The notes beneath the pieces were generated by a model. The model worked only from the letters and a program-made list of their open reading frames with translations, made no database searches and was not told where the DNA came from. From positions 13,930 through 77,929 of the forward strand of contig MHHG01000052.1 of assembly GCA_001805965.1 (NCBI GenBank): a stretch of 64,000 nt of DNA, written 5' to 3'. The translations under genes were made by a program, and so were the position numbers. Shown piece by piece: positions 40,087 to 48,984 of the stretch (the first letter of the stretch is position 1; each line of letters starts with the position of its first letter). This DNA comes from Omnitrophica WOR_2 bacterium RIFOXYA2_FULL_38_17. Its GTDB lineage: Bacteria; Omnitrophota; Gorgyraeia; Zapsychrales; Zapsychraceae.

Positions 40087-40802
40087 TGGCATCAAATTCA
40101 AATAATATGCAAAAAGATTATGTTGCTGTAACTTATAACGAAAAAGATAGACCTTTTACGCAGTATCCTGAGAAGTTATCGAGTTATTTGTTTTCAAGAT
40201 ACAATTTGAAAAAGGGAAGTAAACTTTTGGATTTAGGATGTGGCCGAGGGGAATTCTTGAAGGGATTTATACAATGTGGTCTTGAAGGGTGTGGAGTTGA
40301 TCAGTCAGTTATATCAAAGTCTGTTTGTCCTGAGGCTGAAATAGTTCAGTCGGATTTAGAGAATAAACCTTTGCCATATGAGAACAATGCTTTTGATATT
40401 GTTTTTTCAAAATCTGTCATTGAGCATTTTTATTATCCTGAGAAATTAGTTAAAGAAATATACCGTGTTGTTAGGCCTGGTGGATTGATAATCACAATGG
40501 TTCCAGAATGGAAATCAGTTTATAAAATATTTTATGACGACTATACGCATAGAACACCTTTTACAATAAACTCTCTTAGAGAAATATTGTTTATGCATAA
40601 TTTTGAAGATATAAATGTTGAAAGATTTATGCAGCTTCCGTTTTTATGGTCATCGCCTTGGTTGAAGCCTTTTTGTTCTATTGTAGCTATGACAGCACCT
40701 TGTGTATTGAAGCCATATAGTAAACTAGTGAGGTTTTCAAAAGAAATTATGCTTCTTTCAACTGCTGTTAAACCCAAGAGTGTTGTGGAGAGTAAGAAAT
40801 GA
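40086..40802 (+). CDS. Class I SAM-dependent methyltransferase
   Basis: LLDLGCGRGE, FDIVFSKSVIEH, YRVVRPGG, DDYTH. Confidence 0.9.
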   Translation: MASNSNNMQKDYVAVTYNEKDRPFTQYPEKLSSYLFSRYNLKKGSKLLDLGCGRGEFLKGFIQCGLEGCGVDQSVISKSVCPEAEIVQSDLENKPLPYENNAFDIVFSKSVIEHFYYPEKLVKEIYRVVRPGGLIITMVPEWKSVYKIFYDDYTHRTPFTINSLREILFMHNFEDINVERFMQLPFLWSSPWLKPFCSIVAMTAPCVLKPYSKLVRFSKEIMLLSTAVKPKSVVESKK

Positions 40803-41599
40803 GTAAATGCTTAAATGGATTATATTGTATTCATCTTGAATTAACTAGTAGGTGTAATAAGAATTGTTGGATGTGTGGTCGTCGTAAAATTGATAGAGAG
40901 TACCCTGAAATTGCTGCTAATTATGGTGAAATGGACTTTGAGTTGGTTAAGAAAATTTCTGAACAGGTGCCGGAGGACATAGTTGTTCAGTTTCATAATA
41001 ATGGTGAACCGCTTTTATATCCAAAGTTTGGAGAGGTAGTAAAGTTATTTGAAAATCAAATAAAATGTATGGATACAAATGCCAAGCTTATTATTGAACG
41101 GGCTGATGAAATAATTGATAGCATTGATACTATTACCATTTCAATATTTGAAAATGATCCTGAAGGGGATGAGCAATTTGAACTAGTCAAGGAATTTATA
41201 AAAATTAAAGGTGATAGAAAGCCAAATATTGTATTTAGATGTATGGGTGATGTTGGCGTGGAAAAATGGAAAGAATTAGGAGGTATTATCGCAACGAGAA
41301 CATTGCATAATCCTTTGGGAAGTTTTGAGTATAGAAAGTCTCCAACGGTTCCTGAAATAGGAATATGTTTAGAAATTTTGAACCATATGGCTATTGATAG
41401 GTTTGGGAAAGTTTCAATATGTGTTCGGTTTGACCCTCAGCGTGTGGGAGTTATTGGAGATGCGAATATTGATTCGCTATATGATATTTGGAATGGTGAA
41501 AAGAGAAAAGAGTGGGTTGAGTATCATAAGCAAGGAAAGAGGGACAAAATACCTCTGTGTAGTAAATGTGATTTTTGGGGAGTAGCTACTAGTTCTTGA
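40799..41599 (+). CDS. Radical SAM protein with SPASM/Twitch-type C-terminal domain
   Basis: ELTSRCNKNCWMC, GEPLL, C-terminal GICLE...GKVSIC...IWNG...LCSKC. Confidence 0.9.
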   Translation: MSKCLNGLYCIHLELTSRCNKNCWMCGRRKIDREYPEIAANYGEMDFELVKKISEQVPEDIVVQFHNNGEPLLYPKFGEVVKLFENQIKCMDTNAKLIIERADEIIDSIDTITISIFENDPEGDEQFELVKEFIKIKGDRKPNIVFRCMGDVGVEKWKELGGIIATRTLHNPLGSFEYRKSPTVPEIGICLEILNHMAIDRFGKVSICVRFDPQRVGVIGDANIDSLYDIWNGEKRKEWVEYHKQGKRDKIPLCSKCDFWGVATSS

Positions 41600-41644
41600 A
41601 ATTGAATCTAAATAATATTATTGGTGTTAAAAGTGACAAATCAA

Positions 41645-42508
41645 ATGAAGTGTTATTTATGTGAGGGAACAAAGCTCGTTGAGAGAGAAGGTAGTGTTCG
41701 AGATATGTCAGGATTGGGAATTCTTGAGTGTGCATCTTGTGGATTAGTTTTCTTGTCGTCGTTTGATCATATCAACGAAGGATTTTATGAAGAGTCAGGG
41801 ATGCATGGTGACGATGATCTAGATATTCAATCTTGGCTAAATGAGACAGAGTGGGATGATGAGCGTCGTTTTCAGTATTTTAAAGCGGAATTGCAAAATC
41901 GAAAGTTATTAGATTTTGGGTGTGGGGCAGGAGGTTTTCTTCTAAAAGCTCGGGATTTATCTGAACAGGCATATGGTGTTGAATCTGAAAGCCGATTAAA
42001 AAGTCACTTTCAGAATAATGGTTTGAGTGTTTTTCAAGAATTATCTGAAATTCCAAAAGATGTTCAAGATGATGGGTTTGATATTATAACTATGTTTCAT
42101 GTTTTAGAACATATACCAAAACCGAAATCACTGTTGATTGAGTTGAGCAAATTATTAAAAGACGATAGTCAGATTATTGTTGAGGTTCCAAATGCGAGCG
42201 ATGCATTATTGACCTTGTTTAAAAATAAGCCATTTTCAAATTTTACTTATTGGAGCTGCCATTTGTTTTTATATACCACTGAAACATTACAAATGTTATT
42301 TGATCAAGTAAACTTTAAAGTGAATTATATTAAACAAATTCAAAGGTATCCACTGTCAAATCATTTATATTGGTTGGCAAAGGGAAAGCCTGGTGGACAT
42401 CAGAAGTGGAAGTTTCTCGATTCTCCGGAACTTAATGCTATTTACGAAAAGCAACTTGGGTCTTTTGGTGGGTGTGATACGATTTTGGCGAGTATTACTA
42501 GAAATTAA
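41645..42508 (+). CDS. Class I SAM methyltransferase with an N-terminal Zn-binding module
   Basis: MKCYLC...ECASCGL, LLDFGCGAG, FDIITMFHVLEH, VEVPN; start ATG 41645. Confidence 0.88.
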   Translation: MKCYLCEGTKLVEREGSVRDMSGLGILECASCGLVFLSSFDHINEGFYEESGMHGDDDLDIQSWLNETEWDDERRFQYFKAELQNRKLLDFGCGAGGFLLKARDLSEQAYGVESESRLKSHFQNNGLSVFQELSEIPKDVQDDGFDIITMFHVLEHIPKPKSLLIELSKLLKDDSQIIVEVPNASDALLTLFKNKPFSNFTYWSCHLFLYTTETLQMLFDQVNFKVNYIKQIQRYPLSNHLYWLAKGKPGGHQKWKFLDSPELNAIYEKQLGSFGGCDTILASITRN

Positions 42509-42565
42509 GAGTATTAAGAAGAAATTGAAAGTATTCTATTGTAATGATTGTCTGGAGAGTATTAA

Positions 42566-43957
42566 ATGAAAATTTTATTTGTCGTGTATGATAATGGATC
42601 TTATATTCATAGTTTTCCTATTGGGATTGCATATCTTGCATCGGCTCTTCGAAAAAATAATCATGAAGTTGTCATTTATAATCAAGATATTCATCATTAT
42701 AAAGATGAGGGTTTAACTAGGTATTTAGATGAAAATGATTTTGATGTTGTTGGTATAGGTGTTATTGCAGGATACTATCAGTATAGAAAACTTCTAAAAA
42801 TTTCTGAAGCAATCAATACTTCTTCTAATCGGCCTAAACATTATGTTTTGGGAGGCCATGGTCCGACGCCTGATCCAGAATATTTTCTTAATATAACAGG
42901 TGCAGATATTGTTGTTATGGGTGAAGGTGAAGTTGCTTTTCTGAATTTGCTAAAAGCTATTGAGTGTAAGGAAGCTTTGAACAATGTGTTGGGCATAGCT
43001 TTTAAGGAAGAAGATAAGATAATTATTAATCCTAGACAGCCTCTTATTGAAGATATTGATACTATTGAGTGGCCAGCATATGATATGTTTGCTATTGATC
43101 ATTATAGGTTGACTCGTTCGCCAAATTCAACAAATGAAGATTTTTCTATGCCGATTCTTTCTGCGCGAGGTTGTACTTTTAAATGTAATTTTTGTTATCG
43201 TATGGATGAAGGCTATCGGACAAGAAAGCCTGAAGCAATTATTGAGGAAATTCAATATCTTCGAGAGAATTATGGGATTAACTATATAGAATTTATGGAT
43301 GAGCTTCTTATGTCTTCTAAACAACGCATCATTGAAGTTTGTGAAGCGATTATAAAATCGAAGTTAAAATTTAAATGGTATTGCAATGGGAGATTAAATT
43401 ATGCTAAAGCTGAAGAGTTGAAGCTAATGAAAAAGGCTGGATGCGTTTTTATCAATTATGGTATTGAAGCTTTTGATGATGATGTTTTGAGGAAAATGAA
43501 CAAATCTTTATCTACGACTCAGATAGAAGAAGGGATTGTGGCTACTTTGAAAGAACGAATCAGCCCAGGTTTTAATATAATTTTCGGACATATTGGAGAT
43601 ACCAAAGAGACGTTAAACAAAGGTGTGGAGTTTTTATTAAAATATGACGATGGTGCCCAAATGAGAACAATTAGGCCTGTAACACCATATCCAGGATCAC
43701 CACTATACTATCATGCCATTGAGAAAGGGTTGCTTAAGGATTGTGAAGATTTTTATGAGAATAAGCATTCTAATTCTGATTTATTGGCAGTTAATTTTAC
43801 AGATATGACAGACAATGAATTTCATGAAAGCCTTTTTGAGGCGAATAGCCGTTTGCTAGAAAATTATTTTCGAAACAAGAAGAAAAGTGTTATTCAACAA
43901 GCAAGGGAATTGTATCTTGATCATAATGTTAATTTTAGAGGATTTAGGCAGACTTAA
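42566..43957 (+). CDS. B12-binding-domain radical SAM enzyme
   Basis: PIGIAYLAS, VLGGHGPT, MGEGE, RGCTFKCNFC, NYGIE, TPYPGS. Confidence 0.92.
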   Translation: MKILFVVYDNGSYIHSFPIGIAYLASALRKNNHEVVIYNQDIHHYKDEGLTRYLDENDFDVVGIGVIAGYYQYRKLLKISEAINTSSNRPKHYVLGGHGPTPDPEYFLNITGADIVVMGEGEVAFLNLLKAIECKEALNNVLGIAFKEEDKIIINPRQPLIEDIDTIEWPAYDMFAIDHYRLTRSPNSTNEDFSMPILSARGCTFKCNFCYRMDEGYRTRKPEAIIEEIQYLRENYGINYIEFMDELLMSSKQRIIEVCEAIIKSKLKFKWYCNGRLNYAKAEELKLMKKAGCVFINYGIEAFDDDVLRKMNKSLSTTQIEEGIVATLKERISPGFNIIFGHIGDTKETLNKGVEFLLKYDDGAQMRTIRPVTPYPGSPLYYHAIEKGLLKDCEDFYENKHSNSDLLAVNFTDMTDNEFHESLFEANSRLLENYFRNKKKSVIQQARELYLDHNVNFRGFRQT

Positions 43958-43971
43958 GGATGGTATTTTAA

Positions 43972-45861
43972 ATGAATTTGATTTTAATAGAAAATGACCA
44001 AAGCATAGATAAAGTCATATCTCATCCAGAATATGTTCAAGGAAGAGACGTGATTTTATGTTTTTGTTATCTTTCATATTGGTATTTAAAGAATCAGAGC
44101 GACAAACATATTTGCGTATTTAATGATGACCTTTTTTTTAAAGAGGATTATGATTGTATGCATTCTGAGACAGAAAGATTTGCTTCGACTTGGTTCTACC
44201 AAGATGGTGCGGATGTAACATTGTTTAATAATGTCTCTTTTGGCGATTTGATAAAACCAGCTATTGGAAGAACATATATGTCTCATATTTTAGTTAAATA
44301 TGGTGAAGCTATTCGTAAATCTGTAGAAAAGTGGGGCAAAATCAATTGTATTTATTATGATTTTACAAATAAAAGTAATTACTTTAACTATCTTCAAAAC
44401 GATGGTGGTAGATTTTTCAATAAAAAAAGACTTGTTGAATGTGTTGCTAAACAATTAAATATAAAGACTTCAGAAATTATAACAGATAAGGTGTTGCCGA
44501 CTCCATATCTTCATGAGAAAGTTTGCATAGATTTTAACGGGAAGCTCCAAGAAAACAAAAAAGATCTACGTGGCACGATATGTTATTTTGCAAAATTGAT
44601 TCATAATGCTATAAGCCGTTTTCTATCTTTGTTTAATGGTACATTTAATGCAGGGAAAGTTTACTTTTTTAACTATTACAACATTAATAGTTTTGTACAA
44701 CATCACGCCAAAGATCTTGTGATCCCAAATTTTGGATTAAAGGATCATTTGAAAACGCTTTTCTCAGGATTGACATTTGCAGACATTGATGATGAGAAAT
44801 ATGAATTAGATAAGCCTGAGAATAGTTATCTGAAATTTATTCGGGATAGATTGTTGGATGAGGGTGTTGTTCGATCTGATTGTGACTTTGTATTCAATGG
44901 TATTGATTATTCTTCGATTTATGAGCCTGCTTTAAAGAACTTTGTCGAATGTCTTATTCCTTTTTATTTAGCGCATATGGTTAAGGTTAGGAATTTTCTC
45001 AAGAGGATGAGAGTTGCAAAGTTAGTTGTGAATGATATCACAGACGAGAAAAATGGTGTTATTATTGCAGCATGTCGACAATCCAATGTAAAAGTTTATT
45101 TTGTTGATCATGGAATCAAAGCATGGAGATCGGCGTATCCTTTACCATTTGTTGCTCCTGATGTTTATTTTGAAGCAAGTACTAGACCCTTTTACGAAAT
45201 GCCATTATTGCCCGAACCGCTTGGAACGCCTATTATGGATCAGCATGCTGAAAGACCAAGAAAGAAGGTTTCTAGGATAAAAAAAATTCTTTTTTTGACT
45301 TTTGCTGATAGTCATTATGCAAGATTAGATAGGTTAGCTTATAGGGGTAAATATTATGCAGAAATATTTTCTGTATTCAAAGGCTTGTCAGAGATGGGTA
45401 TGGAACTTTATTATAGGACTCATAGTGAAAATCAAGCTTATCATGATTATATGTTTGATCTTTTTGATGTAGATAGGACAACTTTTAAATTAAAGCATGG
45501 AGGTAGATTTTGTGATGTTATACGAGAGATGGATTTAATGGTGTGTAATTTTACTACATGTTTTTTTGAAGCTCAAGCTTCAGGTATTCCTACGATATTT
45601 CTTGAGCCGCATGTTATTATGGATGCTCTTCAGATGCCTTTGAGTGGAGAGCATATGAAAGATGTTATTCGTGTGTCAACTGGCAAAGATTTGATGAATA
45701 TTGTTAAACGTAATAAGGATAATCCTGCTGAATTAAATAAGTTTCTGGATGCTTTCATTGAAACAAATGGTGTCCCTTATATTGGAAATCTAGATGGAAA
45801 GGCAAGTGAGAGAATTTCTGATTATATATTTAATGATAAAGTAAGGAATCTTTCTGAATAA
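43972..45861 (+). CDS. Hypothetical glycan-biosynthesis protein, GT-B-like C-terminus (putative CMP-sugar transferase 2)
   Basis: 629 aa; VDHG, LGTPIMD, ILFL, YRTH, DLMVCNFTTCFFEA, DGKASERI. Confidence 0.55.
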   Translation: MNLILIENDQSIDKVISHPEYVQGRDVILCFCYLSYWYLKNQSDKHICVFNDDLFFKEDYDCMHSETERFASTWFYQDGADVTLFNNVSFGDLIKPAIGRTYMSHILVKYGEAIRKSVEKWGKINCIYYDFTNKSNYFNYLQNDGGRFFNKKRLVECVAKQLNIKTSEIITDKVLPTPYLHEKVCIDFNGKLQENKKDLRGTICYFAKLIHNAISRFLSLFNGTFNAGKVYFFNYYNINSFVQHHAKDLVIPNFGLKDHLKTLFSGLTFADIDDEKYELDKPENSYLKFIRDRLLDEGVVRSDCDFVFNGIDYSSIYEPALKNFVECLIPFYLAHMVKVRNFLKRMRVAKLVVNDITDEKNGVIIAACRQSNVKVYFVDHGIKAWRSAYPLPFVAPDVYFEASTRPFYEMPLLPEPLGTPIMDQHAERPRKKVSRIKKILFLTFADSHYARLDRLAYRGKYYAEIFSVFKGLSEMGMELYYRTHSENQAYHDYMFDLFDVDRTTFKLKHGGRFCDVIREMDLMVCNFTTCFFEAQASGIPTIFLEPHVIMDALQMPLSGEHMKDVIRVSTGKDLMNIVKRNKDNPAELNKFLDAFIETNGVPYIGNLDGKASERISDYIFNDKVRNLSE

Positions 45862-45903
45862 AATCTAATATTGAATTTTGTATCAAACAAGAAATAACTT
45901 ATT

Positions 45904-46899
45904 ATGGAAAACAAAAAAACAGTTTTTGAAGAAAAAAGATCAAAAAGAACATTTGCGGATTGGTCAAATTTAAAGCCTCCTTTTCCAAAAGAAGTATTTA
46001 TGGATGTTACAAGTTATTGTAATTATGAATGCATTTTTTGTAGCAATAAAAAATTATCAGATAAATGTCATCTAGATAAAGAGTTAGCATTTAGGATAAT
46101 TGATGAGTGTTCAGAGAATGGTACGGAAGATATGGCAATGTATGCGACAGGAGAACCTTTTATGCGTAATGATTTGCATGAATTTGTTGCATATGCCAAA
46201 AGTAAGAATATTAAGTATGTTTTTTTAGGAACAAATGGGTCTTTAGCAACGGCTCAAAGGGCTAAGGCGGTACTTGATGCTGGTTTGGATAGCATAAAGT
46301 TTTCTATTAATGCAGGCACGAGAGAATCTTATCACAAAGTTCATGGTCGTGATGATTTTGAAAAAGTGATTGAAAATGTGAAATGGATTCACAACTACAG
46401 AAAAGAATCAGGATTAAAATTTGGAATGTATGTGAGCATGGTGCCTACCCATTTAACCGAAGGAGAAATTCCTGTTTTAGAAAAAGTAATTGGTCCTTAT
46501 GTTGACTTAATAAATAATAGAGGATGTTCAAATCAAGGTGGCAATATGTATGAGAACAATTTCAATGCCAAGGTAGATAAGGATAATTTGTTGGGGAGCT
46601 TAACTACAGAAAAACACTGCGGGAAATGTCCCGATTTATTTCAGCGAACGGTTGTTACCCCACAGGGATATTTGTCTGCTTGTGTAGTTGATTATAGAAA
46701 TTATTTATGTGTTGCCGACTTGCATGAAGTTACGATTAAAGAGGCTTGGCATGATGATGTTTATGTTGATTTGCGAAGAAAGCATGTTGAAGGGAAACTG
46801 TCTAGATTGATGTGTAACAATTGCCTCAATAATGTTAATGAGCAAGCGGAGCCGCTTGTGGAAAAATATTCCTTGTCTTATAAAAACGAAAAGAAATAA
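45904..46899 (+). CDS. Radical SAM protein with SPASM/Twitch-type C-terminal domain
   Basis: YCNYECIFC, TGEPF, TNGS, SIKFSINAG, C-terminal KCP...GYLSACVVD...MCNNC. Confidence 0.9.
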   Translation: MENKKTVFEEKRSKRTFADWSNLKPPFPKEVFMDVTSYCNYECIFCSNKKLSDKCHLDKELAFRIIDECSENGTEDMAMYATGEPFMRNDLHEFVAYAKSKNIKYVFLGTNGSLATAQRAKAVLDAGLDSIKFSINAGTRESYHKVHGRDDFEKVIENVKWIHNYRKESGLKFGMYVSMVPTHLTEGEIPVLEKVIGPYVDLINNRGCSNQGGNMYENNFNAKVDKDNLLGSLTTEKHCGKCPDLFQRTVVTPQGYLSACVVDYRNYLCVADLHEVTIKEAWHDDVYVDLRRKHVEGKLSRLMCNNCLNNVNEQAEPLVEKYSLSYKNEKK

Positions 46900-46900
46900 C

Positions 46901-47992
46901 ATGAATAAACAATTTAAAAAGAATTTACTTGAGTTAAAGCGTTATCGGACTTCAACTGGTCGAGATATTGAAGGAGGTCTCTGTCTTGACAGAAATGAAA
47001 GAGTTTCTAAATTTGCAAAGAAAATTATGGATGAAGCCCTCGATAGCATTACAAGCTCTGTATTGAGTTGTTATCCAGACCCAGGTGAATTATACAAAGC
47101 CTTGTCGTCTTTTTTGTCTGTTTCCCAAAATTGTATATATCTTACAAATGGAATTACAGAAGGAATCCGGGTAGCTTTTGAGACTCTGACAAGCCCGGGA
47201 GATGAGGTTATTATTGTTGAGCCTACGTATCCTATGTATAGGGTTTATTCAGATATTTATCAAACAAAATTTATTCCGATCAAATTTACACAAGAGTTGC
47301 ACCTAGAATATGAAAAAATTGAATCTATGATCACGAAGAAGACAGCTTTTGTTTGCATTCCTAATCCTAATTTACCTATTGAGAGCTACTTATCATTAAA
47401 GATCATTAAGGATATTGCCAAGAAATGTCAAAAGCATGATGTAATGTTTTTTGTTGATGAAGCTTATGCGTTTCTAGGTGGGGAAAGTGCGATTTCATTG
47501 ATTGATGATTTTGAAAATTTGGTTGTTTTTCAAACCATGTCAAAGGCGTTTGGCTTAGCTGGTGTGCGTCTGGGATGGATGGTCTCAAACCAAAAGAATA
47601 TTGATTATTTTTCTAAAACACGAGCATTGGTTGAATCTAATGGTGTGACCTTGGTAGTGGCCAAATATATGATAGAAAATATCGATATTTTGAAAGAATA
47701 TGTTTCTGATCTCAAACAAGGATTGACATATTTACGCCGAGAGTTAACTACGCTAGGAATTAAATCTTTTGGTGGAGATTATACTAATTCTACACTTTTA
47801 TTTATGGATAATGAAGATGATGCGAATAGTGCTTTGGAGTATTTGCGAGAAAGAAAAATCTATGTTCGTGCCTCTTTCAAGGAGCCTTTTAATAATTGTT
47901 TGAGAATTACTTTAGGTCCAAGGGACAGTATGAAGAAGTTTTTGAAATATTTTAATGAGTGGTTGCAAAATAATAGGATGGAGACTGAATGA
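46901..47992 (+). CDS. HisC/CobD-like class I/II PLP enzyme (aminotransferase or decarboxylase)
   Basis: LDRNE, YPD, TNG, PTYPMY, PNPN, VDEAY, TMSKAFGLAGVRLG, LRITLG; start ATG 46901. Confidence 0.9.
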   Translation: MNKQFKKNLLELKRYRTSTGRDIEGGLCLDRNERVSKFAKKIMDEALDSITSSVLSCYPDPGELYKALSSFLSVSQNCIYLTNGITEGIRVAFETLTSPGDEVIIVEPTYPMYRVYSDIYQTKFIPIKFTQELHLEYEKIESMITKKTAFVCIPNPNLPIESYLSLKIIKDIAKKCQKHDVMFFVDEAYAFLGGESAISLIDDFENLVVFQTMSKAFGLAGVRLGWMVSNQKNIDYFSKTRALVESNGVTLVVAKYMIENIDILKEYVSDLKQGLTYLRRELTTLGIKSFGGDYTNSTLLFMDNEDDANSALEYLRERKIYVRASFKEPFNNCLRITLGPRDSMKKFLKYFNEWLQNNRMETE

Positions 47993-48984
47993 ATAAATTG
48001 ACATGTCCAAGTTGTAAATCTGCTGATTGTCGTTTTCTTGATGATTATCGATATTTTAAGTCTGAAGACCGCAAATATCTTGGGGATATGAAAGTTTATC
48101 AGTGTCAGAGTTGTAGTCTTGGGTTCAACAGCCCGATGCCCGATAAGGCGGCATTAGATCTTTATTTTAAAATTGTTTATCGTCAATCGAATCGACCGCA
48201 TTTTAAAAAAGATCCACGAAAAGCAGAAATTTTGTTATGGCAGAAAGCTCAGTATGCCTACATGTCTCAATTTTGTGATTTTGATAAACTTCAATCGATT
48301 GCAGATTATGGCGCAGGATACGGCATGTTATTGCGAGAAATAAAACTTCACCATCCTGATATTAAAATGTCAGCATATGATCCTGATGTGCAAAGTCTTG
48401 AGTATTTGAAGTCTTTTGATATTGAAACATATGATCTTTTTAAGTGTTTGGATTCTGCAGAGAGTAAGAATAAATATGATTTAATTATTGCTTCGGGCAG
48501 TATTATGTATGATTCTAATCCACACTGCTTCTTTGATTTTGCAAATAAAAATTTATCAGAAAAGGGAAAGGTTTTTTTAGAAGTGCCCAATCATGTGTTT
48601 TCTGATGATTCGTATACAAAAAGACCATATGATGGTCCAGTAATGTTTTATTTTTCGATAGATTCGTTAAAAAAACTTGTGGATGTTAATAATTTGGAAT
48701 TGGAACACATAACAACTGCAAGCACGGAACTTGATGATGCATTACAATATAGATTGAATCAGTATAATGCTTTTAATCAAAAAGAAGAATCCTTTATTGC
48801 TAAGATTATGAAAGGTTTTAAATCAAAATTGAAGATGATGATACCTAAACGCATTAAAAAAGCAATAAAAGCTTTACTTTATGATGAAGACTTGGATATT
48901 GCTAAGAAATTGGCACCATTTGAGTATGGTGGGAAGCGATGGACAATACGATGTATTATTACAAGGAATTTGAAAAGTGAATAA
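47989..48984 (+). CDS. Class I SAM methyltransferase with an N-terminal Zn-binding module
   Basis: CPSC...CQSCSLG, ADYGAGYG, YDLII, FLEVPN. Confidence 0.8.
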   Translation: MNKLTCPSCKSADCRFLDDYRYFKSEDRKYLGDMKVYQCQSCSLGFNSPMPDKAALDLYFKIVYRQSNRPHFKKDPRKAEILLWQKAQYAYMSQFCDFDKLQSIADYGAGYGMLLREIKLHHPDIKMSAYDPDVQSLEYLKSFDIETYDLFKCLDSAESKNKYDLIIASGSIMYDSNPHCFFDFANKNLSEKGKVFLEVPNHVFSDDSYTKRPYDGPVMFYFSIDSLKKLVDVNNLELEHITTASTELDDALQYRLNQYNAFNQKEESFIAKIMKGFKSKLKMMIPKRIKKAIKALLYDEDLDIAKKLAPFEYGGKRWTIRCIITRNLKSE

